Below are positions 1 to 10,957 of a stretch of 55,251 bases of DNA, piece after piece (position 1 is the stretch's first letter; each line of letters begins with the position of its first letter). The notes under the pieces were generated by a model that saw only the letters and a list, made by a program, of their open reading frames with translations, was not told the origin of the DNA and ran no database searches. The DNA lies in contig MU271198.1 of NCBI GenBank assembly GCA_021432655.1, positions 124,001 to 179,251 of the forward strand. Reading direction: 5' to 3'. A program made the position numbers and the translations under genes. Source of the stretch: Atractiella rhizophila. Its lineage: Eukaryota.

Positions 1-463
1 AGAGAACTCAAGCGTGCCGTAAATATCGACGGTTGCATTCTCGAGGTGCCATGTCATCCTCTGATTGATGTAGTACCTATTTCCATCTTCTTCAATACAT
101 GTTTGTTGTATCACAACATCCAGGCAATACGAACCTCTCGTCAGGAAGCACGATCCTCGCCCCCTTCCCACACCTTTCTACAGCCTCCACCAACTTCGGC
201 GCTGCATCCACGCCCTTTCCTGGGGAGTAGACGACGCAAGTGACGGGGTAGTCTGGTTCTCGATAGTACAAGAGATCCGTTTGGGTCAAGATGATGAGCA
301 GAACCAATAGGGGTATGGCCCCGTATTTCGCATACCGGATGAGCTTGGCTTTTCTGCTCTCTCCTGCGGACTCGGATGGGCCTTTGGATGGACCTGGGCC
401 TGGGAGCAGAGGAGAGCTTTCGTGCTCTTCTGGTCGTGGAGGGGGAGCTTTCGAGCTCGACAT
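1..463 (-). CDS. GH28-like (polygalacturonase/pectin lyase-fold) protein, 5' part only, with N-terminal type II membrane anchor
   Basis: MSSSKAPP...[13 protein letters not shown] (TM), then [36 protein letters not shown]; after a GT-AG intron [25 protein letters not shown], which resembles the N-terminus of fungal GH28 exo-enzymes. Runs off the window. Confidence 0.65.
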
Positions 464-662
464 TGTCGATGTCTTTCAAGGTCCCAAATGCAAAATGCGG
501 GGTAGTTGGGATCACGGCCGGATAACCGACGTCGGATGGACGGTCGGGCAGTCGGGATGCTCCGCTCCGCTGGACTCTTCCCGACCACCACTCCCGCGGT
601 CACGCAACACACACTCACTTCCATTGCGAGTATACCCAGGCGATACGCATCTGCAGTCGGAT

Positions 663-1385
663 ATGGCCACCGCCCCCATCCAACCAATCTCCCCATCCAA
701 TCGTCCTCCCATCGTCGGCTCCTCTTCCGGACCCACACCTCCCTATCCCATCTTCCTCGAGGGAGAAGTGAAATCAGGTTTTGGACGGGGATCGAAGGAG
801 CTCGGTTGTCCAACCGGTACGTTATTGGCGTACTCATCCCTGTTGTAGATCTTGATGAAATGCTTGATGATCGAAAAGCGAACCTTCCTGATGAGAGTTT
901 CGAGAAGTATCAGGGGACGATGGACAATGGTGTATTCTGTGGCTTCGCTAAGGTTTTTGGGACTGGATCAGGAGAGGATACGGTACATGAGATGGTTATG
1001 TCTGTTGGATGGAATCCTTACTACAAGAACGAGAAGAAGACGGCGGTATGTCTTACTTTGTTGCTTTCCTTCATCGAAAAATAAATTTACTGAACGAGTT
1101 ATGACAGGAAGTACACATAATGCATGATTTCGGACACGATTTCTATGGCAAGATTATGAAGGTCATCGTGCTAGCTTACATTCGACCCCAATTCGATTAC
1201 GTCTCTAAAGGTTCACCTTCCTTATATTTCTAATTGGGTCCCATATCTGATGTCAGTGTACTGTAGAGGCACTTATCGAAGACATAGAGGTCGACAAGCA
1301 AGTGGCAACAAGGACGTTGGAGCAGGACGCGTGGAAGGAATTTGCGAAAGATAAATTCTTCGAGTCAGCGAGCGCTACAGCTTAG
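663..1385 (+). CDS. FMN1: Riboflavin kinase (4 exons)
   Basis: [48 protein letters not shown]...DFYG...YIRP...ALIEDIEVD motifs across GT-AG introns. Confidence 0.95.
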
Positions 1386-1664
1386 ACAGAAATGATATGC
1401 ACTAGAGTGTAATAGGTCTCCAATTCAAGAAAAAAATGGATGTTGTTGTTTTCTTCGCAATGTGATGTGCTGAGTAAGGCTAATTATGTTCGATGTCTGC
1501 TAAGAATACTGTAGCAGGTATGATTCAAGCTCTCAAGGCGCCCAGGTAAAGAGGAACATGATTTCAGGAATTAGGCGTTTCAGGGTACGACATATCTCTA
1601 CTATTTCACAATCTCAACCTACGCGTCGCGTCACCTCACGAGAGAAGACGCACCCATTCACAAC

Positions 1665-2171
1665 TCAAACCTTCACGTCATCCGCCTGCGTCGGTCTCTC
1701 CTTCTCCTTCTCCACCTCCACCTCACCCTCCAACACCGGCTTAACGACGCCAGCCTTCTGAAGTGCCTCCCTCATCTCACCCGACTGATGCATCGAAATC
1801 GCAATATCCGCCCCACCCACAAACTCCCCTCCCAAATAAAGCTGCGGAATGGTCGGCCAATCCGAATACTCCTTCACAGCCTGTCGAAGCTCGTCGTCGT
1901 CCAACACGTTGTAATGTTTAAACAGACTCTTGTCCTTCATCACCGCTGCATCCACCCCGTTCAGTTCGAGCACTTGACAGACGGCACGCGAGAAGCCGCA
2001 TTGGGGAAAGGTCGGGGTGCCTTTCATGAAGAGGACGGCGGGTGTGCCTTTGATTACGTTGTCGAGCGTTTGGCGTGTGCTGGACGAGAGAAAACGTAGG
2101 CTGGTGGGATGAGAACGTGCGGCGCGGACGAGGAGTTGCGTTTGGAGGAGGGAAGGGCGGAAGAAGGACAT
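1665..2171 (-). CDS. GRX5: Mitochondrial monothiol glutaredoxin
   Basis: LFMKGTP..PQCGFS, KEYSDWPTIPQLY, EFVGGADI; Arg/Ser-rich presequence; no introns. Confidence 0.95.
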   Translation of the reverse strand: MSFFRPSLLQTQLLVRAARSHPTSLRFLSSSTRQTLDNVIKGTPAVLFMKGTPTFPQCGFSRAVCQVLELNGVDAAVMKDKSLFKHYNVLDDDELRQAVKEYSDWPTIPQLYLGGEFVGGADIAISMHQSGEMREALQKAGVVKPVLEGEVEVEKEKERPTQADDVKV

Positions 2172-2225
2172 GGCGAAACTGAAATAGGTGGTGCTGGTGC
2201 TGGTTGACTGAGAGCACTTTTAAAA

Positions 2226-3690
2226 GGTCGATGATGAATAATTTACTTGTTATGTATCTGTCACTATCCGCTAGTTACAAACTAGACTTCCAACTTGTTC
2301 TGGCTGGTATTTCTGGTATAAACTTGGATCCTTACTTTCTCACTTGAATCGAACAATATTCGATATTTATTTGCCGTCCGCGTTATTGTAACAGTTGTTG
2401 TTTTCTTTGCCTTCTGGCGTCTGAGCTCGTGCCGCTATATCTGCCGAAGTGGTAACATGACAGACTCATCGACAAGCCCTCAAGTTGCGTTTAGTCTGTT
2501 GATTTTGTGTGAATTTCCAATGACCAATTCTTAGAAACTTGTTCTTTGCCATTCGATTTAATTTGGTATCAAATGTCATGTGTAGATGCATGCACGAAAA
2601 CATAATCAGCTCCAGCTGCCTGAAGGAGCGGCGTCATTGCTGACGAGTACGTGGCTATGAAACAGTGCAGCGTCCATATTATGTGCCGAAAGCTGGCCCT
2701 GCAATCGTAATCTGACTGCCCTCGACCATTCGCTGTCTATTGACAACAGGCGTACACGGGATCAGAAGATTTGCAGCTCTGAATTTTTCGTTCCACCTGG
2801 TCACTCGCTCGTTTGATCTCTCTATAAAAAGGCTCTAGGCGTGGTAAATTATTTTAAAACTGGTCGGGTCGATGATGAATAATTTACTGGTTACGTATCT
2901 GTCACTATCCGCTAGTTACAAACTAGCCGCCCAAACTAGTGTAGTGATCCTGCATCTCCATCTCGTCTTGGAATTCTTGGAATTCACCCAGCCAGAAGTT
3001 ACTCTCGTAGCGCGCATGCAGTACCGTCCCCAAGTTGCGATGGAGATTATCTGTTTTGAATTTCAAGGGGATTGTTAACATAACCTACACCGTTAAGCTT
3101 GGCGACGAGCCTCCTCCTTTGCTTAGTACACTGTCGTTTTGACCTTGTTGAGTTGTTCTGTTCTGAACTTGGATCCTTACTCTTTCACTTGAATACTCGA
3201 TATTTATTTTGCCATCCGCGTTATTGTAACAGTTGTTTGGTTTACATTTTGTGGTCTAAGACCCTGGCGCTATATCTGCCGAAGTTGTTAACATAACAGA
3301 CTCATCGACAAGCGCTCAAGTTGCGTTTAGTCTGTTGATTTTATGTGCATTTCCTATGGCCAATATCTTAGAGACTTGCTTTTTGCCTTTCGATTTAATT
3401 TGGTATCAAATGTCATGTGCAGATGCACACACGAAAACATAATTAGGTCCAGCTGCCTGAAGGGCGGTGTCATTGCTGACGAGTAGGTGGGTATGAAACA
3501 GTGCAGCGACCATATTATGTGCCGAAGGCTGGCCCTGTAATCGTAATCTGACTGCCCTCGACCATTCGCTGTCTATTGACAACAGACGTACACGGGACCA
3601 GAAGATTTGCAGCTCTGAATTTTTTCGTTCCACCCGGTCACTCGCTCGTTTGGCCTCTCTATAAAACGCTTCAGGTGTGGTGAATTATTC
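2226..3690. repeat. Tandem duplication of a non-coding promoter segment (~2226-2853 and ~2867-3690)
   Basis: ggtcgatgatgaataatttact...ctagttacaaactag, aacttggatccttact..., gactcatcgacaagc.ctcaagttgcgtttagtctgttgattt and ggtcactcgctcgttt...tataaaa all occur twice in the same order; the second unit has ~240 bp extra (~2926-3165). Confidence 0.9.
3660..3666 (+). promoter_or_regulatory. TATA box of array gene 1
   Basis: TATAAAA ~100 nt upstream of the ATG; equivalent TATAAAA at 5415 and 7171/7180 upstream of the paralogs. Confidence 0.6.
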
Positions 3691-3760
3691 CCATCTATAA
3701 CGGAACTCACCTGTATCAGCCTTTTATAATCAGCTTTTATTCTCTTGATAACTCGGCATC

Positions 3761-4666
3761 ATGATTGCTTCGCCTGGCACTTTATTATCTACCCTTTTCG
3801 CAGTCGCGGAGTTGAGCAGTGCTTCGAAACTTTTCCCTGTCAAGCAGCGAAGGGCACTCGGTCCTCTTTCTGTGAGTTATCCCATCTTGATCGAGCTATC
3901 GAATCCAACTAACTGTGCACGGATAGGACGGGGGTTCTATCGATGCTATCCAATGCACATCTTCTCTCAACAGCACTACCCAAGCTGACTGTAAAGCTTC
4001 CATCTCTCTCCGCGACTTCGTTCTTCCTAACTCTGGTCCAGGTGCGGCTTTTCGAGACTGTTGGGCCAAAGACCCGACCAGTTGCAACTTTGATAGTAAC
4101 GGCATCAACGACTTCGACTCACTCACGGTTGGAGGTTGTACGGTTGGAGTTTGGCAATTCACGCACAACTATGTCGACAACATAACTGAGTCAGTTTCCA
4201 TATCCCTGATTTCAGTATTCGTTAACCATTTTGTCTTTTTTCTATTCTAGAGCGGCGGTCGTCGGGTTTCTTTCAACTCAAATCGACACTTGTGGAAGTA
4301 ATGCGGCCGTGATGCTTGCTGTAAGACATAAATTGGCTGTCATCAAGAAGACAAATCTGATATGCGGGTTCTTAGACCATCAAGGAACCCGATGGAACTT
4401 CGCTTTCCTACTGTGCAGCCGTTGGAGGGACAATCGATGCGGAGTTCATCACGAATGCCTGCCCAACCAGTCTCCCTCAGAATGCGTATGCTGCCCCCAC
4501 TCAGCCAGTCCCAACCAGTAGCAGCACCAGTACGTCAGCCGGCTCAACTGCAACTTCTCCCCCTACATCAGCCGACGGCGGCTCCAATGCGTTCAGGGAT
4601 GCACAAATTACGATTAGCGTTGTTGGAGCGACAGGTTTCCTCATTGCTTCCTCGTTTTTCGTTTAG
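3761..4666 (+). CDS. Secreted 8-Cys protein, probably GPI-anchored, copy 1 (5 exons)
   Basis: Signal peptide MIASPGTLLSTLFAVAELSSA, KQRR, spliced domain DGGSIDAIQC...ADCAAFRDCW...SC...GGCTVGVWQF...IDTCGSNAA...SYCAAV...NACPT, S/T-rich stalk, hydrophobic tail ISVVGATGFLIASSFFV*. Confidence 0.8.
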
Positions 4667-5506
4667 AGGATACCGGAATGCAGTCAAGGATTTTATTCGT
4701 ATAGGACAATGTTTGATATCTATTACACCTTCACCTGTTTATGAGTCCCGACCTTTATGTCCGCTGGTTGTGCTTCTTCGAATATCCGACCAGCATCAGG
4801 ACAACCCAGGGTGAGCGTCGTTGTAGGTAGCGCCTCTGAGTCCTTGAATGAACCAGCAGCTTGAATTCGTACCGAGATCGGGGTCGAAACGATAGGGCCG
4901 AAGTGTCCTCCACACCTCCCCACTCGCGCATGGCCACACCCTATAACGTTCAACGACACCGTCATCCTTGAAGGAAGAAAATGCGGTCAAAAGAGCCTGA
5001 CGCCTGATATGTGGTGCGGCTGAGAAAGATGAGTATGTAGTCCCTACCGGGCTGTTATCCTTCGAAGCGATGATTATATCCCTTATTTCCTGGGATGAGT
5101 GAACTGTTAGGTTGTTGATTTTATGTGCATTTCATGTCCGTTTATTCTAATAGCTGGATCACGGTATCACATTCACGTTCACGGATACGTGGGCACTGTC
5201 AAGCGCCTAGAACCTGATGTATCAGGGAGTAGATCTGTCTGCTAGGAGACGGATTGGATGCTCACCGAGAAACAGTACAGTCAGTTCGCATTTACTGTGA
5301 CAAGCACGGCCTGCAATCCGATGCTTTGAACCAGCTATTGTCTATGTCCAAGGAGTATGCGGATCAGAGGATGCTGACTTCTTTGTTGTCCTATCCGGTC
5401 ACACTGGCTCCTTCTATAAAAGGCGTCGAGGGATAGTTTTTCCAATCAAACGCATCTCAATCATATCAAGTTTACAGAATTCAGCTTATTCTCTTGATAA
5501 CTCCTA

Positions 5507-6402
5507 ATGATCGCTTCAGGCACCACCCTTTTTGCTATCTTTTTCTTAGTCGTGGAGTTGAGTAACGCTGCCCTCTTGCCCGTCAAACAGCGAAGAGCAA
5601 TTGGTCCGCTTTCTGTGAGTTCCTCTGCTCTGCTCGATCTGTCGCTCTGACTGCTTACTGCTTGCTCGTAGGATGGCGGTTCGATCGATGCCATCCAATG
5701 CACCTCCTCTCTCAGCTCCACTACAAAAGCTGACTGTAAGCCTCTCCTTTCTCATTGCCACACTCATTCTAACTTGAATCAGGCGCGGCTTTTCGAGATT
5801 GTTGGGCGGCGGATCCAACAACTTGCGACTTGAGCATTAGCATTGTCAATGAATTCGCATCGCTCACGGTTGGGGATTGTACCGTTGGCACCTGGCAATT
5901 CACGAAAGTTTATACTGACAACGTAACAGAGTTAGTATCCTATATTTCATGGTAATTTCACTCACTGATCATTTTCTGTTCAGAGCAGCGGTGGCCGGCT
6001 TCCTTTCAACGCAAATGGACAGTTGTGGAAGTAACGCAGCCGTGATGCTCGCCGTGAGACTCAACTACATGTCTCATTAGAAAATCAAATCCTAATACAT
6101 GGAAACAGACGATCAAAGAACCGGATGGGACTTCCTTTGCTTACTGTGCCGCGGTTGCAGGATCTATCGATGACACTTTTATCACGAACGGCTGCCCAAC
6201 CAGCCTCCCACAGAATGCCTATGCTGCCCCTACTCAACCAGTCCCAACCGCCAGTACCACCACCAGGGCAACAGCGGGATCGACTTCAACGTCTGACCCG
6301 AAGTCAGCCCATGGCGGTTCCAGTGCGTTCAGGGATGCACAAGTTGCAATGAGCGTTGTTGGAGCAACAATTTTCCTCATCGCTTCCTCATTTTTCGTTT
6401 AG
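5507..6402 (+). CDS. Secreted 8-Cys protein, probably GPI-anchored, copy 2
   Basis: MIASGTTLFAIFFLVVELSNA...; same exon structure and cysteines as copy 1; tail MSVVGATIFLIASSFFV*. Confidence 0.8.
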
Positions 6403-7265
6403 TGGATGCCTGAATGCAGCCAACTCGTTTTATTTTGTAAAAAAGAAAGAATGTTTGACATCTATTACACTTTCACCTGCTTCTGAGTCCCGACCATTAC
6501 GCCCGCTTGTTGTGCTTCTTCGAATATCCGACCTGCATCGCGACAACCGAGGATGAACGTCGTTGTAAGTAGCGCCTCTGAGTCCTTGAATGAATCAGCT
6601 TGAATTCATCACCCGAGATCGGAGTCGAAACGATAGGGCCGATAAGTGTCCTCCACCTCTGCCACCTGCCACCTCTTTACTCGCGCACGGCCCTCTAAGG
6701 TCGTTGTCGTCCAACTCTTTATAACGTTCAACGACACCGTCATCCTCGAAGGAGGGAAATGCAGTCAAAAGAGACTGACACCTGATGTGTGTGGTGTGGC
6801 TGAGAAAGATGAGTATGTAGTCCCTCCCAGCCTGTTATCCTTCGCACCGGTGATTCTTATTTCCTGACATGAGTTAACTGTTCGTGTATTGATTTCATGT
6901 CCGTTTATTCTAATAGCTGGTTCACGATATTACATTCATGTTCATTGATACATGGGCGCTGCCAAGCGCCCTGAGCTACCAGGGATTAGAACCGTCTGCT
7001 AGGAGACTGATTGGATGCTCACCGTGAAACAGTACAGTCAGGTCGCATTTACAGTGACAAGCACGGCCTGCAATCTGATGCTTTGAACCAGCTGTTGTCT
7101 ATGTCCAAGGAGTATGCGGATCAGAGGGTGCTGAGTTATTTGTTGTCCTATCCGGTCACCCTGGCTCCTTTATAAAATTTATAAAAGGCCTCGAGGAATG
7201 GTTTGTCCAATCACACACATCTCATCAGGTTTTCATAATTCAGCTTATTCGCTTGACAACTCCTC

Positions 7266-8164
7266 ATGATCGCTTCACGCACCACCCTTTTTTCTATCTT
7301 TTTCTTGGTCGCGGAGTTGAGTAACGCTGCCAATCTCTTGCCCGTCAAACAGCGAAGAGCAATTGGTCCTCTTTCTGTGAGTTCCTCTGCTCTGCTCGAT
7401 CTTTCGCTCCGACTGCTTACTGCTTGCTCGTAGGATGGCGGTTCGATCGACGCCATCCAATGCACCTCCTCTCTCAACTCCACTACCAAAGCTGACTGTA
7501 AACCTCTCCTTTCTCATTGCCACACTCGTTCTAACTTGGCTCAGGCGCCGCTTTTCGAGATTGTTGGGCCGTGGATCCAACAACTTGCGACTTGAGCATT
7601 AAAGGTGTCAATGGATTCACATCGCTCACGGTCGGGGGTTGTACCGTTGGCACCTGGCAATTCACGAAAGTTTATACTGAGAACGTAACAGAGTTAGTGT
7701 CCTATATTTCATGGTAATTTCACTCACTGATCATTTTCCGTTTCAGAGCAGCGGTTGCCGGCTTCCTTTCAACGCAAATAGACAACTGTGGAAGTAACGC
7801 AGCCGTGATGCTCGCCGTGAGACTTAACTACATGTCTCATAGAAAATCAAACGCTAATATGTGGAAACAGACGATCAAAGAGCCGGATGGCACTTCCTTT
7901 GCATACTGTGCCGCGGTAGCAGGATCTATCGATGACGCTTTTATCAAGAACGGCTGCCCAACCAGCCTCCCACAGAATGCCTATGCTGCCCCTACTCAGC
8001 CAGTCCCAACCGCCAGTACCACCACCAGGGCAACAGCGGGATCGACTTCCACGTCTGACCCCAAGTCAGCCCACGGCGGCTCCAGTGCGTTCAGGGATGC
8101 GCAAGTAGCCATGAGCGTTGTTGGAGCAACTGCTTTCCTCATTGCTTCTACATTTTTTATTTAG
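7266..8164 (+). CDS. Secreted 8-Cys protein, probably GPI-anchored, copy 3
   Basis: MIASRTTLFSIFFLVAELSNA...; nearly identical to copy 2; tail VAMSVVGATAFLIASTFFI*. Confidence 0.8.
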
Positions 8165-8447
8165 AGAATGTACTGTAAAATGAGGAAAAGTTTAGTATCT
8201 GCATACCATCTCGTTCGAGGCTCTCAGGTTGTCTGCTTCTTGTTCCTGAGGAATATCCGACTCGCATATGGCAAGGCAGGAGAGCTGCGTTTTCTTTGCA
8301 CAGCATTCCTGGTTCCCTGCTCTCAGTGACCTGCCATCTTCAAGTTAAAGAAAACGGGCGACGGAACGAGACGGAGATATCACTTGTTTCTTCAGTTTAC
8401 TGGCAAACCTGCCTTTCGTACCCACCTCTTTTTCAATATTTGTTATC

Positions 8448-9325
8448 ATGACGACTCTTACATTCATTTTAGCTGTCTTATATATCATAACGTTTTCTTC
8501 CGTAATGCTCTACAGCGTAGAGCAATTGAAGCATTTTCTGTAGGACCTGTTTCTCAGGATGATGCATTCGATGGCGGTTCCCTCGATTCAATGCTATGCC
8601 AATCCGCCCTGTCGCCGCCAGTTGTCGAGGATTGGGAGTAATTATTCCATCCTAAGACGCCATCTTAAGTATGACCAGGCGGCGCTCTTCGAGAATGTTG
8701 GCAAACCGATCCTCTACTTTGTCCTAACCTTCGAACTTACTTCGATAGCTTTAACTCTTTCGTAAATGTGTCTCAAGGAGGCTGTAGTCTGGGAGTCTGG
8801 CAATTTGGGAGCTCCAATGTTATTGTAACTAAGTGAGTGCACGATGTTTCACAGTCTACGCGTTAACGAACCTTCAGATCGTTGATGACGAGTGCTCTTT
8901 CCAATCAGATGGAAAGGTGCGGACGCTCAAGCACGTTTTTCACGGCGGTACATTCTCTTTCAATCACTGCTAGAACAATGAGTCCAAAGCCGTAAACGCT
9001 GATTGGAACAACGCAGACAGATGGGGTTGACAGCGATTTTCAGTATTGTGGCGCCGTAGCAAGGATGGTCGAGTCGTCCCTATTCAAGGGCTTCTGCTTC
9101 TCAAACGAGTTAGCTGCACCACTCCGCACATCCTCATCCACTTTAGACGGCGCATCTTCGTCCGAAACGATGCAAAGGACATCCACGGCGATTGACAGCC
9201 CATCAACATCCTCCTCCTCTCAGACTGACATCGGAGGCGACTCTAAAGGATCCAGATCCATAAGAGTTCGCAGAATTCTTGCGATTGGAGGGGTTGTGAT
9301 CTCAGGAATCAGCTTGATCGTTTGA
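8448..9325 (+). pseudogene. Divergent fourth paralog of the 8-Cys GPI family, probably disabled
   Basis: Homologous blocks QRRAI, DGGSLDSMLC, GALRECWQTDPLLC, GGCSLGVWQF, QMERCG, QYCGAV, S/T stalk and hydrophobic tail. The signal peptide (ATG 8448) is out of frame with QRRAI, and the donor at 8634 reads GGGAGT instead of GT. Confidence 0.6.
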
Positions 9326-9812
9326 ACATCTTGGAAGCAACAAGATCGGCGAGGCCAAGGCTGTAAAGAATTACTGGGTTGCAATCCAAATTTCAAGCGT
9401 ACTTGAGCAATCTAACATGTCGCTTTGTCACAGTAGCTGAAAATGTGAAAAGGTGATGGTTTGCGCGTTCGAAGCTTGAGGCACCACGAGTCCTCGTCCT
9501 CGTGCAAAAACAACAATTTGATGGCGTCTGTCATGATACACCGGTTGAGCAATCGTACAAAGCTCACTACGATTCTAATTTAATCATCGCGTGCATCACA
9601 TCCAACCAGGAGCGCAGGTGCAAACCACGCATCAGAAGCGACTCCAGCCCTCCTGCGCTCTTCCCGAGGCCAATTATTTTGGCGGTCAAGTGGTGGCAAA
9701 CTAAGCAACAATGACTCATTTGTGACGCAGAAGGCCGAAAGAAGGAGCTTGTGGCTTTTGTTTTCGTTGCAAGCCGAAATTTCGTCGTTTTCTCTGTCCT
9801 TCTCTCGGAATC

Positions 9813-10803
9813 ATGTCAGTCCCTCGCTATGGCATGTTGGAGGTGTTACTGATTGTAGATGGTGATATGTAGGGCTATCGGTAAGAACAAGCGGCTGTCA
9901 AAGGGGAAGAAGGGTTTGAAGAAGAAGGTGGTGGACCCTTTCACCAGGAAAGGTGTGTTTTTTCTTCGTGATCGTAACCCGTTTTGATGGGTGTCGTGCG
10001 AAGACTGGTATGATATCAAGGCTCCCTCCATGTTCGACACGAGGAACGCCGGCAAGACTCTTGTCAATCGTTCGCAAGGAATGAGTGAGTGTTGCTTAGG
10101 TAGGCTGCTGAGGTTGTTGAGGTGCTGTGGCGTGCAGAAAACGCGAACGACTCTCTCAAAGGACGGATAGTCGAATTCTCGCTCGGAGATCTTAACAAGG
10201 ATGACGAGCAAATCTACCGCAAGATCTCCCTGAAAGTCGAGGAGGTTCAGGGCAAGAACTGCTTGACCAACTTCCACGGCATGTCCTTCACCTCTGACAA
10301 GCTCCGTTCCCTCGTCCGAAGATGGCAAACCCTTATCGAAGCCCACCTTGATGTCCGCACGACCGACGGATACCTCATCCGCATGTTTGCTATCGCTTTC
10401 ACCAAGAAGCGACAGAACCAAGTTAGGAAGACAACTTACGCGAAGACGAGCCAGATTAAGGAGATTAGGAAGAAGATGTTTGAGATCATGACCAGGGAGA
10501 GCAATTCATGCGACCTGAAGGAGTTGGTTTCGAAATTCGTCAACGAGGTTATCGGAAAGGAGATTGAGAAGACCTGCTCGGCTATCTTCCCCCTTCAGAA
10601 CGTCTTCATCAGGAAGGCAAAGATCCTCAAGTCTCCTAAGTTTGACATCAGCAAGTTTATGGAGCTTCATGGTGACAGCGTTGGAGATGATTCTGGTGCC
10701 AAGGTTAAGGGTGATTTCAAGGTTAGTTTTTGCTTTCCCTTCATTGTGTTGCAATGCGGCTCATGCGAGAGAATAGGAGCCTGCGCCGCTTGCCGAGGTA
10801 TAA
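9813..10803 (+). CDS. RPS1: 40S ribosomal protein S1 (eS1/S3Ae)
   Basis: [72 protein letters not shown]; last exon EPAPLAEV*. Confidence 0.97.
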
Positions 10804-10957
10804 AAGACCGATTCGCTGGTCGCCTTCTCTCTGTTTACTACCTACGCCATGCCGCCTATGCAATGACTTATGTTTCCTTGTTCTTACAACTTCCCTCCGC
10901 TTTCACGTCTGGGTCTATCAGGTGTTGCGAAGGAGTATTGAGATGAATTCAAGGAAT

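Larger units (their letters stand above)
4715..8164. repeat. ~1.75 kb tandem duplication units (spacer + gene)
   Basis: The spacer starting tattacac.ttcacctg (4722 vs 6463) through the promoter and CDS is repeated with high similarity. Confidence 0.9.

Noticed and set aside
9846..10421. 191-aa minus-strand ORF
   Set aside because: Antisense to the highly biased RPS1 coding sequence.
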